60,489 nucleotides of DNA from Clostridia bacterium (lineage in GTDB: Bacteria; Bacillota; Clostridia; Oscillospirales; QAKW01). Under the pieces are notes generated by a model. That model searched no databases. It saw only the letters and a program-made list of their open reading frames with translations, and was not told where the DNA came from. The stretch covers positions 1-60,489 of the forward strand of contig JAFZEA010000008.1 of the NCBI GenBank assembly GCA_017560905.1. Reading direction: 5' to 3'. Within the stretch, counting starts at the first letter, position 1. Each line of letters opens with the position of its first letter. Shown piece by piece: positions 18,973 through 29,480 of this stretch. The position numbers were made by a program, and so were the translations under genes.

Positions 18973-20904
18973 ATGAAACCGAAATTTTATCTGTCCACCG
19001 CCATCGCCTATGCCTCGGCAAAGCCGCACATCGGCAACACGTATGAGATCGTGCTGGCCGATGCCATCTGCCGCTTTAAGAGAATGCAGGGCTATGACGT
19101 ATATTTTCAGACAGGCTCGGACGAGCACGGTGAAAAGATCCAGCTCAAGGCCGAAGCCGCAGGCATCACGCCTCAGCAATACGTTGACAAAACGGCAGGT
19201 GTCATTCAGTCCATCTGGGACAAAATGAACACTACCTACGATGCCTTTATCCGCACCACGGACAAGACTCACGAGCGCAAGGTACAGGAGATCTTCACCA
19301 AGCTCTATGAGCAGGGCGATATCTACAAGGGCGCTTATGAGGGTATGTACTGTACCCCCTGCGAGTCCTTCTATACCGAGGGTCAGCTTGTTGACGGCAA
19401 GTGTCCTGATTGCGGCAGAGAGGTCAAGCCTGCCAAAGAAGAGGCCTATTTCTTCAAAATGCAAAAATATGCCGACCGTCTGATGAAGCATATCGAGGAG
19501 CATCCCGAATTCATCCAGCCCGAGAGCCGCAAAAACGAGATGGTCAACAACTTCTTAAAGCCCGGTCTGCAGGATCTGTGTGTATCCCGTACCTCCTTTA
19601 ACTGGGGTGTTCCGGTCGAGTTTGACAAGGGTCACGTGGTCTATGTCTGGATCGATGCGCTGAGCAACTACATCACCTTTCCCGGCTACTCCGTAGACGG
19701 CAACCACGGTGAAATGTACAAAAAATACTGGCCTGCCGACGTTCATCTGATCGGCAAGGATATCTTGCGTTTCCACACCATCTACTGGCCCATTCTGCTG
19801 ATGGCGCTGGGTGAGGAGCTGCCCCATCAGGTCTTTGGTCATCCGTGGCTGATGATGGGCGACGGCAAGATGAGCAAATCCAAGGGTAACGTTATGTACG
19901 CCGATGAACTGGTTGATCTGTTCGGCGTGGATGCGGTACGCTACTTTGTACTGCACGAGATGCCCTTTGGCAACGACGGCACCATCTCCTATGATCTGAT
20001 CATTGAGAGGGTCAACTCCGACCTTGCCAACATTTTGGGCAATCTGGTCAGCCGTACCGTTTCTATGGTAGAGAAATACTTTGACGGCGAGATCAAGGCA
20101 CCTGTCAAAGCCGATGCTCTTGACGACGAGCTTAAGGCCGTATGTCTGGAAGCCGTAGGCAAAATGACCGCCAAGATGGAAACCATGCACGTAGCCGATG
20201 CCATTGACGAGGTCATCACCGTGCTCAGACGCGCCAACAAATATATTGACGAAACCACTCCTTGGGTATTGGGCAAGCCCGACGGTGACCGTGACAGACT
20301 GGCCACCGTACTGTACAATCTGTGCGAAGCCATCCGCTTTGCCGCTGTACTGATCGCACCCTTCCTGCCCGAGACAGCTGACAAAATGCTCCGTCAGATC
20401 GCCTCTGAGGGCGCCACGCTGGATTCACTGACCACCTTCGGCGGTGTTACGGCCGGCAGTCACGTAGGTGAGAGAGAAATTCTCTTTGCCCGCATCGACC
20501 CCAAAGAAATGGAGCAGAAGATCGAGGCCGCCAAGCCCAAAGCCGAGCCCAAAAAGCAAGCAAAGGCCGAGGCTCCTGCAGGACTCATCGGTATTGACGA
20601 GTTTGCCAAGGTTTCGCTGAGCGTAGCCGAGATCAAGGCTTGTGAGAAGCTGGAAAAGAGCAAAAAACTGCTCAAACTCCAAGTGGAAAGTCTGACAGGC
20701 CCCCGTCAGATCGTCAGCGGCATCGCACCGTGGTATGCGCCCGATGATCTGGTCGGCAAAAAGGTGATCATTGTTGACAACCTCAAGCCCGCCAAACTCT
20801 GTGGCGAGATCTCCGAGGGTATGATCCTTGCCGCCGACAATGCCGACGGAAACGTAAAAGTCATTTTTGTAAACGAAATGGATACAGGAGCTAAGATTCA
20901 CTGA
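18973..20904 (+). CDS. metG: Methionine--tRNA ligase
   Basis: HIGN, GSDEHG, Zn knuckle, KMSKS, C-terminal tRNA-binding OB domain. Confidence 0.97.
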   Translation: MKPKFYLSTAIAYASAKPHIGNTYEIVLADAICRFKRMQGYDVYFQTGSDEHGEKIQLKAEAAGITPQQYVDKTAGVIQSIWDKMNTTYDAFIRTTDKTHERKVQEIFTKLYEQGDIYKGAYEGMYCTPCESFYTEGQLVDGKCPDCGREVKPAKEEAYFFKMQKYADRLMKHIEEHPEFIQPESRKNEMVNNFLKPGLQDLCVSRTSFNWGVPVEFDKGHVVYVWIDALSNYITFPGYSVDGNHGEMYKKYWPADVHLIGKDILRFHTIYWPILLMALGEELPHQVFGHPWLMMGDGKMSKSKGNVMYADELVDLFGVDAVRYFVLHEMPFGNDGTISYDLIIERVNSDLANILGNLVSRTVSMVEKYFDGEIKAPVKADALDDELKAVCLEAVGKMTAKMETMHVADAIDEVITVLRRANKYIDETTPWVLGKPDGDRDRLATVLYNLCEAIRFAAVLIAPFLPETADKMLRQIASEGATLDSLTTFGGVTAGSHVGEREILFARIDPKEMEQKIEAAKPKAEPKKQAKAEAPAGLIGIDEFAKVSLSVAEIKACEKLEKSKKLLKLQVESLTGPRQIVSGIAPWYAPDDLVGKKVIIVDNLKPAKLCGEISEGMILAADNADGNVKVIFVNEMDTGAKIH

Positions 20905-21692
20905 TGTTTTTTGACACCCACACACATCTGGACGACGAAAAATTTGAAAATATGCGCGGGGAGCTTTTAGCAGAGCTCCCCGCAAACGGTATTGCGCCCA
21001 TTATGGCCATCGCCGCAGACAGAGAAAGTTGCTTTTCTGCCGTCAAGCTGGCAGAGCAGCATCCCTTTGTCCTGGCATCGGTGGGACAGCATCCTGCCGC
21101 TGCGCAGAACATGGATGAGGAGCAGTTTGCAGAACTGGCAGAACTGGCAAAGCATCCCCGTGTCAAGTGCATCGGCGAGATCGGACTGGACTATCACTGG
21201 CCGGAGGATACCGACAAGGAAATGCAAAAGTATTGGTTTATCCGTCAGATGGAGCTGGCCGACAAGCTGTCCCTGCCCGTCAGCATTCATTCCAGAGATG
21301 CGATGGCAGACACACTGGAAATACTGCGTATGTTCCCCCGTGTCACGGGTGTTATGCACTGCTATGCAGGCAGCTACCACACGATGAACGAGCTGGTGAA
21401 AATGGGGTATTATATTGCACTGGGCGGTGTGGTCACCTTTAAAAATGCGCGGGTCAGCCACGAGGTGGCGCAGTATGTACCCATCGATCATCTGCTCATT
21501 GAAACCGACTGTCCCTACCTTGCCCCCGAGCCCCACAGAGGACATCTCAACACACCGCTCTACGTACCGCTGGTGGCCGAGAAAATCGCCGCACTCCGTC
21601 ATACCGACACCGAGCAAATTGCAAAAGCGACCCGTGAAAACGGTATGCGCTTGTTTAATATCACACAAAAGGGAGAATATGAGTATGAATAA
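20904..21692 (+). CDS. tatD: TatD family hydrolase
   Basis: DTHTH, GEIGLDY, HSRDA, HCY, ETDCPYL; follows metG. Confidence 0.95.
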   Translation: MFFDTHTHLDDEKFENMRGELLAELPANGIAPIMAIAADRESCFSAVKLAEQHPFVLASVGQHPAAAQNMDEEQFAELAELAKHPRVKCIGEIGLDYHWPEDTDKEMQKYWFIRQMELADKLSLPVSIHSRDAMADTLEILRMFPRVTGVMHCYAGSYHTMNELVKMGYYIALGGVVTFKNARVSHEVAQYVPIDHLLIETDCPYLAPEPHRGHLNTPLYVPLVAEKIAALRHTDTEQIAKATRENGMRLFNITQKGEYEYE

Positions 21693-22248
21693 GTCAAAAC
21701 TGCGCTATATGGCCAGAACGTATGATTTTGAGCGGGGCTATATTGCCAAAAGCAATAACGCCATTACCTCCAAGGTCATTACTCACCCTCTTTTTAAACA
21801 AGCCAAGACCATATTTTGCTACGTTTCCATGAACGACGAGGTGGACACCCGTTCTATTATCAAGTATGCCCTGCGTGAGGGCAAGAGCGTATGCGTGCCG
21901 CTCTGCGAGGCAGAGGGCAAAATGACACCCTATATCATTTACTCCTTGGGAGAAATGAGCGAGGGCGCCTACGGCACGCCCGAGCCGCCGGTCGGCGCGC
22001 CGATGGGAACGGATATCGATCTGTGTATCGTCCCCTGTATGTGCGCTGACAAAGAGGGCTACCGTGTAGGTCACGGCGGCGGCTACTACGACCGCTATCT
22101 GGCAAGCTTTGAGGGCAAAAGCATGCTGCTCTGTCGTGACGTCTTACTGCACGACAGCGTACCGAGAAAAGAGCACGATATCAAATGTGATATCATCATT
22201 ACCGAGAAACAGACGGTGTTGTGTTCCGAAACACAACACGCGATATAA
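21679..22248 (+). CDS. 5-formyltetrahydrofolate cyclo-ligase
   Basis: YVSMNDEVDT, IVPC..D.EGYRVGHGGGYYDRYL, HDIKCD..ITE; start at 21679 or 21685. Confidence 0.92.
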   Translation: MSMNKSKLRYMARTYDFERGYIAKSNNAITSKVITHPLFKQAKTIFCYVSMNDEVDTRSIIKYALREGKSVCVPLCEAEGKMTPYIIYSLGEMSEGAYGTPEPPVGAPMGTDIDLCIVPCMCADKEGYRVGHGGGYYDRYLASFEGKSMLLCRDVLLHDSVPRKEHDIKCDIIITEKQTVLCSETQHAI

Positions 22249-22420
22249 ATCCCTTTCGGGATTTGCGATATTCCCTATGGGAGCGATATTTGCCGATGGC
22301 AAGCGAGATGCCCTGCGGGGCGCGAGAGATTTATATCATATCGCATCTTTGCTTTAGCAAGGATATATCGAATTTTCCAAAAGAAAATATATCGCTCTGT
22401 GCCTCGGCACAGAATATCGC
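22240..22420. repeat. Motif-and-hairpin array B (GCGATAT / ATATCGC)
   Basis: Five GCGATAT-like units separated by four different hairpins, a short centre, then four ATATCGC-like units separated by three hairpins. Confidence 0.85.
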
Positions 22421-22432
22421 AAACTTTAATGT

Positions 22433-22458
22433 AAAAAGGCACCGAAAGGTGCCTTTTT
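22433..22458. terminator. Bidirectional intrinsic terminator
   Basis: AAAAAGGCACC-GAAA-GGTGCCTTTTT. Confidence 0.85.
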
Positions 22459-22680
22459 AATTTTAAACTTATTCGTTTTTGGAAAAATCAATCAAGCAAA
22501 ATCTCCGCTTGCTTGATTTTGCCGCCAAGCTCGGTCGTGGAATTTGGGGACGCAACCCCTCGCCTTCACACCTGCTCGGCTCAAGGAGCAGTCCCCAAAC
22601 GGCAACTGTGCTCCGTACCTGCCGTGTGCACACCAAACAAGTATGCGGGTGGAGCCATGCAATAAGAAGATGTTTCGTTT

Positions 22681-23709
22681 CTACGAACGACGGCACAGTT
22701 TCTCTGCACTATTGCAAAGTAGTTGTCCCAACGGCACCGTCACAAAGCGCAGTAGTCTTGCCAATACATAGGTGGCGGCAAAATTAATTAACAGCACCTG
22801 CCATGCGGGCAGCGGCAGCATCGTATACAGCACGTGGTCGGTAAAATAAGACAGCAGATACATCTCAAAGCTGCAGGTAGATATCTCCCGCGCCACCGTG
22901 CAAAGCGCCTTATTTTTGGGAGCGGCACGGTAAAAGCACAGAAAAACACACAGCACCACCATCAAATGCGGCAGGTCGGAAAATTCAGAAAAGAGATGCC
23001 AGTTGTACTTCCATCCGTGGAGCAGATAAGATACACCCGTTTCTGCCGCCACCACCGCCATTCCGAGCCCCACACAGAGCCATCGATTGACCTGCGGCTG
23101 ATAGCGGGCAATATACGCTCCCAAAAAATAATAGGTAATGACGTACATATCCTTTAAAAAGTCAGGCACGATCTGCAGCCAAACGCCCTCGACCAGCAGA
23201 TTGGCAACAAAGTTTGGCAGTATGGTAATACCGATCAGTATGCCGATTAAGAGTTGAAATTTTTTGCGATCCAGTGCCTCGATGAGCATATTGAAAAACG
23301 GGAGCAGTGCAAACAAGCAAAGATACATCTCCACGTACCAGCCATATCCGTAGGTAAAATCAAATATATTCACTACCGTATGCGCTACTCCGTTGGGCAG
23401 TCCGACGGTCTTTCCTTGGACCACGGCGATCAACGCCGCAATTATAAAGTATGTAACAAGGAGCGGAATTCCGCTCAGATAATGCTTTGTCGACAGCTTT
23501 TTACGATTTTGAAAATATCCCGTCAACAGCAAAAATAACGGCACCGATGCGAGCGATGCGAAGCGGGTGAACGTACCCATCATCCATTTGATATCGGGAA
23601 CATCAGATTTATTGGCACCGGAGATCGCCACCATATGCACACTGAAAACCAAAAATATAGCAATCGCACGGATGATATCCGGCCCTACCAGACGTTGTTT
23701 CTTTTCCAT
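22681..23709 (-). CDS. Acyltransferase family 3 membrane protein
   Basis: DIIRAIAIFLVFSVH, VPLFLLLTGY, WYV.MY, SFEMYL; about 10 TM. Confidence 0.9.
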   Translation of the reverse strand: MEKKQRLVGPDIIRAIAIFLVFSVHMVAISGANKSDVPDIKWMMGTFTRFASLASVPLFLLLTGYFQNRKKLSTKHYLSGIPLLVTYFIIAALIAVVQGKTVGLPNGVAHTVVNIFDFTYGYGWYVEMYLCLFALLPFFNMLIEALDRKKFQLLIGILIGITILPNFVANLLVEGVWLQIVPDFLKDMYVITYYFLGAYIARYQPQVNRWLCVGLGMAVVAAETGVSYLLHGWKYNWHLFSEFSDLPHLMVVLCVFLCFYRAAPKNKALCTVAREISTCSFEMYLLSYFTDHVLYTMLPLPAWQVLLINFAATYVLARLLRFVTVPLGQLLCNSAEKLCRRS

Positions 23710-23712
23710 TTG

Positions 23713-24996
23713 TCAATCCTCGAAGTTTTCAAGCAGTTGTTTTTTGGGGGGCTTGCTGTCGCCGTGGCGCACCATCAGCATAGTCACAAAGCTCAGCGCC
23801 GAAAAGACGACCGCATAAGGAAACAGCACGTTATAGCCAAAGCCCAGCCTGTCGATCAAAAAGCCTGACAGCAAGGGCGTGGTGATCTGCGCCGCCATAG
23901 AAAACGTATAATAAAATCCCGTATATTTTCCCACGTCACTGCCGCTGCTCATTTCCACCACCATCGGATAGGAATTGACGTTGATGGCCGCCCAGCCGAT
24001 ACCGACCAGACCGAAAATGAGATACATCAAGGGCGTTTCCTGACGGATAAAGATGGCAATCGTATAGCACACCACCATCAGCACAATGCCTGCCAGCACT
24101 GTCTTTTTCCGTCCCAGCTTGCTTGCGGCAAACCCGAGCGGCACAAAAGCGGCGATCGCCGCCACCGTCGCGGTCAACAGATAACTTGATGATGTTCCCA
24201 GATCCACGCCCCATACACTGCCACAGTATCTGGAAAAGGCGGTGGTAACGGCATTATAAGCGGCATACCACAAAAAAACACTCAGCAGTATCAGCACCAA
24301 AGAGCGAAATACCTCCCGCGGCATTTTTTGACCCGTACCCGTAGGGGCTTCTGTCTCGTCGATGACGTGCGGCAATCTGTTTTCCCTGAGAGAAAAAACC
24401 ATAACCAAAACGCTCACCAGCATAAAGGCGGCAATGATCAAAAATACGGGGGCAAAGGATTGATCGGCGGCATACACGCTTTCGCCCGCTTCGTTCTTTT
24501 GACTGCGCAACAAAAACATCATAACCACCGTGGCAAAAATACCGCCGAGATACCCCACCAGATTGATGACGGCATTGCCCTTGGAACGAAGCGGTTTTTC
24601 GGTGACGTCGGGCATATAGGCAACGGCGGGTGTGCGGTAAATTGCCATCACCACCAGCAGTGCCACCAGCGTGATCAGAAAGCCGGAGAAATTATCATTC
24701 TGCACAAATATGCTCAGCAGCATCAGCATCACAACGGCCGCCAACGTACCAAACAAGATATACGGCGTACGTTTTCCCAGTGATGAGCTTGTTTTGTCGG
24801 AAATGGCACCAAACAACGGCAACATAAAAATCGCCAGCACGTTGTCAATAGACATCACAAGGTTGGTGCCAAATGTCGTCAGCCCGAATTTGTATTCCAA
24901 CAAATAGGGTATCACCTGATCGTAAAACTGCCAAAACGCAAGAATGCTCATAAAGGAAAGGCCGATCAGTATAGTGCGTTTATAATTGAGTTTCAT
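23713..24996 (-). CDS. MFS transporter (SLC45/maltose-type)
   Basis: GAISDKT.S.LGKRTPYI, GIGWAAINVNSYPMV; 12 TM. Confidence 0.9.
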   Translation of the reverse strand: MKLNYKRTILIGLSFMSILAFWQFYDQVIPYLLEYKFGLTTFGTNLVMSIDNVLAIFMLPLFGAISDKTSSSLGKRTPYILFGTLAAVVMLMLLSIFVQNDNFSGFLITLVALLVVMAIYRTPAVAYMPDVTEKPLRSKGNAVINLVGYLGGIFATVVMMFLLRSQKNEAGESVYAADQSFAPVFLIIAAFMLVSVLVMVFSLRENRLPHVIDETEAPTGTGQKMPREVFRSLVLILLSVFLWYAAYNAVTTAFSRYCGSVWGVDLGTSSSYLLTATVAAIAAFVPLGFAASKLGRKKTVLAGIVLMVVCYTIAIFIRQETPLMYLIFGLVGIGWAAINVNSYPMVVEMSSGSDVGKYTGFYYTFSMAAQITTPLLSGFLIDRLGFGYNVLFPYAVVFSALSFVTMLMVRHGDSKPPKKQLLENFED

Positions 24997-25009
24997 TTTG
25001 TTCTCCCGA

Positions 25010-26035
25010 CTAAATCAGCGCATCCAGTGCCTCAATATCCTGCGGGGTCGTGGCCCAGGAAGTGCAAAAACGAACCACGGTATGATGCTCGTCCCACGGC
25101 TCCCAGATGCTGCAATATGCTTGTTTTTGTAGTATTTCCAATTTTTCGTTTTCCAGTACGACAAATTGCTGATTGGTGTGCGAATCCATAAAGAACTTAT
25201 ATCCTTTAGCGGCAAAAATTTCCTTTAATTTTTCCGCCATATCAATGGCGTGACGGCTGATGTCAAAATACAAATTATCGGTAAAGAGCGTATCAAACTG
25301 TACACCGAGCAAGCGACCCTTTGCGCTCAATGCGCCCTGCCGCTTGACCAGCGTGAGGAAATGGGGCGGCATATTGTTTTTGGTAAACACCACCGCCTCA
25401 CCGCACAGCGCACCCACCTTGGTACCGCCGATGTAAAACACATCGCAAAGACGTGCAACATCTTCAAGAGTCACATCGGTCTGCCGCGACATCAGTCCGT
25501 ATCCCAGTCTGGCGCCGTCCATAAACAGCGGAATGTCATACTCTTTGCACACCTCGGACAGGGCGGTCAGTTCAGCCTTGCTGTACAGGGTACCGTACTC
25601 GGTGGGATGGGAAATATACACCATTCCGGGAAACACCATATGCTCACACGTACCGTCAGCATAAAAGGCGGTCAGATACTTTCTGACCGTCTGAGCCTCC
25701 AGCTTGCCCTCTTTTTGCGGCAGAGCCAGACACTTGCGACCCGTGGCTTCAATGGCGCCCGACTCGTGGGCGTTGATGTGGCCCGTCAGGGCGCAGATTA
25801 CACCCTCATAAGAGCGGCAAAGGGAATCGATGACCACTTTGTTGCTCTGGGTGCCGCCGTTCAAAAAGAATATCTGCGCCTCGGGACAGCCGCAAGCGGC
25901 GCGGATCTTTTCCTTGGCCGAAGCACAGTACTCGTCCTCACCATAGCCCGGTTGAGGTACCAGATTGGTCTCAACGAATCTCTCTAAAATCTTGGGATGC
26001 GCTCCCTGCATATAATCACAGCTAAATGGTAACAT
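25010..26035 (-). CDS. ltaE: Low-specificity L-threonine aldolase
   Basis: GYGED, GGTQSN, HESGAIE, MDGARL, YIGGTKVG. Confidence 0.9.
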   Translation of the reverse strand: MLPFSCDYMQGAHPKILERFVETNLVPQPGYGEDEYCASAKEKIRAACGCPEAQIFFLNGGTQSNKVVIDSLCRSYEGVICALTGHINAHESGAIEATGRKCLALPQKEGKLEAQTVRKYLTAFYADGTCEHMVFPGMVYISHPTEYGTLYSKAELTALSEVCKEYDIPLFMDGARLGYGLMSRQTDVTLEDVARLCDVFYIGGTKVGALCGEAVVFTKNNMPPHFLTLVKRQGALSAKGRLLGVQFDTLFTDNLYFDISRHAIDMAEKLKEIFAAKGYKFFMDSHTNQQFVVLENEKLEILQKQAYCSIWEPWDEHHTVVRFCTSWATTPQDIEALDALI

Positions 26036-27197
26036 CTATATAACTCCTATCAAATGTAATTACGGTAAAACATTCGGGATGGGTACTGTGCAGCGCCGCA
26101 TCTAATTTTTCTTTCAGTTGCTTATCACTGCCCTTATAATCACTTGGCAGTACGATATCAAATATCAGATTGGTATGGCTTGGACCCACCACCGCGCGGA
26201 AATCATGAAAGCTCAGACCCTCTCCCATTTCCTGCAAAATGCGCGCCACAAGCTCCTTGAGCTTCAGCACGTCGGGGTCATCGGTCACAATGGGGTCGAT
26301 GTGTATTACGGTTTCAATGCCCATCTCTTGTTTGAAATCCCGCTCGACGTTGTCGATCAGATCGTGGCTGGCCAGAATATCCCCCTTTGCGGGAATTTCG
26401 GCGTGAAAGGACATAAATTTTCTGCCCGGACCGTAGTCGTGTACCACCAGATCGTGAATACCGAGTATGCCTTCATAACCCAGCGCACGCTGATAGATCT
26501 CCTGCACCGTTTCTGTGGAGGGGGGCTGACCCAGCAGAGGATCCAGCGTTTCCCTGATAAGACCGATGGCAGAAATAAGGATAAATATACTGACCAAAAG
26601 TCCCGTATAGCCATCGATGTTCAGTTGGGTAAAGGCGTACACCAACGTACTGACCAAAACAGCCAGCGTGCTGATCACGTCGTTACGGCTATCTGCCGAA
26701 GCCGCGCCGAAGGTGGCAGATCCTGTCTTTTTCTGCATTTTTTTGTAAAACACACTCAGCCACAGCTTGCCCGCAATACCCAACACCATAACGCCGATAC
26801 TGATAAACGATACCGTGAGGGTTTCCGGGTTGAGAATTCTTTCAAAAGAACTCTTGAACAATGACAAGCCCAACAGCAACACCACAAACGCCATCACAAG
26901 GCCGCTGATATACTCCATTCGCCCGTGTCCGTAAGGATGGTCACTGTCCGGCTCCTTGCCTGCCAGCTTAAATCCAAACAACGTTATAATGCCGCTGGCG
27001 GCATCGGTGATATTGTTGGCCGCATCTGCCACCAGCGCGATCGAGCCGAACAGCACGCCCGCCGCCGCTTTGGCCACCGCCAGAATGGCATTGACCACAA
27101 TGCCGACGGCACCGCCTACCGTGCCCAGTCGCAACCGCTCTTGCACCCGAGTGCGTTCTTTGTTATAAACAAATAATTTAAGGATCAATTCAGTCAT
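26022..27197 (-). CDS. Cation diffusion facilitator family transporter
   Basis: SIALVADA, DHPYGHGRMEY, DSRND, HDLVVHDYGPG, IHIDP. Confidence 0.93.
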   Translation of the reverse strand: MTELILKLFVYNKERTRVQERLRLGTVGGAVGIVVNAILAVAKAAAGVLFGSIALVADAANNITDAASGIITLFGFKLAGKEPDSDHPYGHGRMEYISGLVMAFVVLLLGLSLFKSSFERILNPETLTVSFISIGVMVLGIAGKLWLSVFYKKMQKKTGSATFGAASADSRNDVISTLAVLVSTLVYAFTQLNIDGYTGLLVSIFILISAIGLIRETLDPLLGQPPSTETVQEIYQRALGYEGILGIHDLVVHDYGPGRKFMSFHAEIPAKGDILASHDLIDNVERDFKQEMGIETVIHIDPIVTDDPDVLKLKELVARILQEMGEGLSFHDFRAVVGPSHTNLIFDIVLPSDYKGSDKQLKEKLDAALHSTHPECFTVITFDRSYIDVTI

Positions 27198-27301
27198 TCA
27201 TCTCACTCCTATAAATAAAATCATATCATATATTATGAAATTATTCAATGGTGTAGAAAGAAAGGGCTGTAAAAAACAACTGTTTTTTACAGCCCTTTAA
27301 G

Positions 27302-29083
27302 TTATACTCTGATAAAGTTCATAGGATTGTACGGCACGCCGTTCTTTCGCACCTCAAAGTGGAGATGGGGACCTGTGGAGTTACCCGTAGAGCCTGCTCT
27401 GCCGATCAGCTGTCCCTTGGACACCTTGTCGCCGACCTGCACGTAACGGGTATTGAGATGCGCATAGTAGGTCACATATCCGTTAGAGTGCTGAATGCGA
27501 ATCATATTGCCGTAGCCGCCTGCCCAACCGGAGAAAATAACGGTACCACCGTCTGCCGCCAATATCGAAGCGTTGAGTGTGCCGCCTCGCAGGCACAGGT
27601 CAACTGCCGTATGACCTGCATAACCGTACCATCCGCAAGAAATATAGCCGCCGGGCAAGGGATTGGTAAAGTTACCGCTGGCCACACCGCTGCCCTGCGA
27701 ATGGTTGCCGGGAACGTAACCGTTGCCGGAAGAAGTGGCACGCTTTTTGGTGCCGACATAGATCACCTTATCCACGGGTTTCTCGATAACCTTGGATGAA
27801 ACCACCTTTTTGCCGGTACGCTGACCGTCCACGTAGGTAACCTCTGCAGTGACCCGCTTGACACCTTTTTTACCGGCGGTCTTAACGCTGGTGGTGCCAA
27901 CGTACATAGAAGCATTGTTTTCACGCTTAACGGAGAATCCGATCTCTTCATTATAGGTTTCGGTTTTTACCGTCTTGATGCGCAAATACAGCTCAGGTGC
28001 CGCAATATTCAGTCGCAGACCTTCATAGATGGCCGTTTCCTTAACATTGGGATTGAGCGCTTTGAGCTGAGAGGTGGTCATATCAAACTTCTCAGCAATG
28101 GTGGACATATAATCGCCCTCTTTACAGGTGTAGTAAGCGGGATTATCACTGTCCGTTTCAAACATGGCGCGCAGTGCCGTTTCATCCTTGAGCACATCAG
28201 AAGAGAACATACCTCTTTTGATAACGACATCTTCTACAAATTCGATGCGGGTGTTTTCCTCGTCATTTTCATACGGTGCCTTAAGCTCGTCTAAAATTTT
28301 GTCAATGATCGTGCGGTCGGAACAAGCGGCCTGCAGCTCGCCGTCGACATACAGACCCCAGTTGGTACCGACCAGCTCGGATACAGCATTGTAGACATCG
28401 CCATACAGGTCTTCCTCTGTAGCAAGATCACTCTTGCGCACAAAGCGCAGCGAATACTCCGCTGTCGTCGTGATAGCATAGCTCTCGCCGTCCAGGTTGA
28501 GGGAAGAAAGCGTAGGCTTGCTGTCATCGTCGTCATCTTTTTGAGTGGCGGAAACCGTCACGTTCAGACTCTGATCGCTCTCCTCTTTGCTGGGGGCGGT
28601 CTGCACTATCGTAGCATCGGTAGAAGCGTTCTGGTCGATCTGCTTTTGAATGTCCGACTCCACCTGGCCGAGAATGGCACGATAGGTGCGCTCGTTGGTA
28701 ACATAGCCAACACTGTTTTCATTGATGCTGACCTCCAGCGCCACGGCAAAGAAATTGCTCACGATGGCAAAGCCAATGATGGCCACCAGCCCAATGCAGG
28801 GGGCCCACCAGGAAAAATCGTTGACAAAGCTGTGTGCCACCACGTGGCCGAAACGGGCAGTACCGTGTGCGATTTTGCCGCCCTTGCCCAGTACCCACTC
28901 ACCGATGTTACAGATGGCTTGAAACCACCCCAGGCTCAAAACCTTCTTTGCCAGACGGAAGAGGGCAAAAAATGCTTTTTCAACATAAAAGCCGCATCCG
29001 TAGATCAGCACCAGCATCACCTTAACGGCAAGCCAGAGACCACGGATTATTTTATTAAATGTAGTTTGCTCAGCAAGCTGCAT
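27302..29083 (-). CDS. Membrane-anchored LysM-G5-M23 peptidoglycan endopeptidase
   Basis: LysM (YTCKEGDYMSTIAEKF), G5-like segment, M23 motifs HTAVD, YAHL, STGPHLHFEVR. Confidence 0.92.
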   Translation of the reverse strand: MQLAEQTTFNKIIRGLWLAVKVMLVLIYGCGFYVEKAFFALFRLAKKVLSLGWFQAICNIGEWVLGKGGKIAHGTARFGHVVAHSFVNDFSWWAPCIGLVAIIGFAIVSNFFAVALEVSINENSVGYVTNERTYRAILGQVESDIQKQIDQNASTDATIVQTAPSKEESDQSLNVTVSATQKDDDDDSKPTLSSLNLDGESYAITTTAEYSLRFVRKSDLATEEDLYGDVYNAVSELVGTNWGLYVDGELQAACSDRTIIDKILDELKAPYENDEENTRIEFVEDVVIKRGMFSSDVLKDETALRAMFETDSDNPAYYTCKEGDYMSTIAEKFDMTTSQLKALNPNVKETAIYEGLRLNIAAPELYLRIKTVKTETYNEEIGFSVKRENNASMYVGTTSVKTAGKKGVKRVTAEVTYVDGQRTGKKVVSSKVIEKPVDKVIYVGTKKRATSSGNGYVPGNHSQGSGVASGNFTNPLPGGYISCGWYGYAGHTAVDLCLRGGTLNASILAADGGTVIFSGWAGGYGNMIRIQHSNGYVTYYAHLNTRYVQVGDKVSKGQLIGRAGSTGNSTGPHLHFEVRKNGVPYNPMNFIRV

Positions 29084-29223
29084 AAAACACCTCAAAAGTT
29101 ACAATTTGGTTACAGGTGTTTAAAGGATACCATTATTTAATATAAAAAGCAAGTGTTTTTTTGAAAAGTTTACAATTCGGATACAAGCTCGCACCCAATA
29201 CTATATTTGAAAGCGGCGAATGT

Positions 29224-29325
29224 TCAGTTCCCACCCTCATACTTGGCATAGGTGGTTCTCCCGATGTCGCAGCCACGGCATAGATTGCCGTCCATATTTT
29301 TGTCTCGTCTGATTTTCTGTTCCAT
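29224..29325 (-). pseudogene. Internally deleted XRE-type HTH regulator remnant
   Basis: MEQKIRRDKNMDGNLCRGCDIGRTTYAKYEGGN*: retains the recognition helix (GCDIGRTTYAKYE); ELNIR follows in a shifted frame; first HTH helices are missing. Confidence 0.6.
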
Positions 29326-29413
29326 ATTATTTCCTACCGTTTTGACCAATATCGGTTGCAATTTTTCTAGATTATATGATATAGTGAAGTCAAATATTGT
29401 CCGCTATACAGGT

Positions 29414-29480
29414 CAAACAATTTTAAAAATAAATACAACATTAAAGCAGGCATTTGTCCGTCTGAACAAATACCTGCTTT
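29414..29480 (+). repeat. Direct repeat copy 1 (~67 bp, includes terminator hairpin)
   Basis: CAAACAATTTTAAAAATAAATACAACATTAAAGCAGGCATTTGTCCGTCTGAACAAATACCTGCTTT. Confidence 0.9.
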
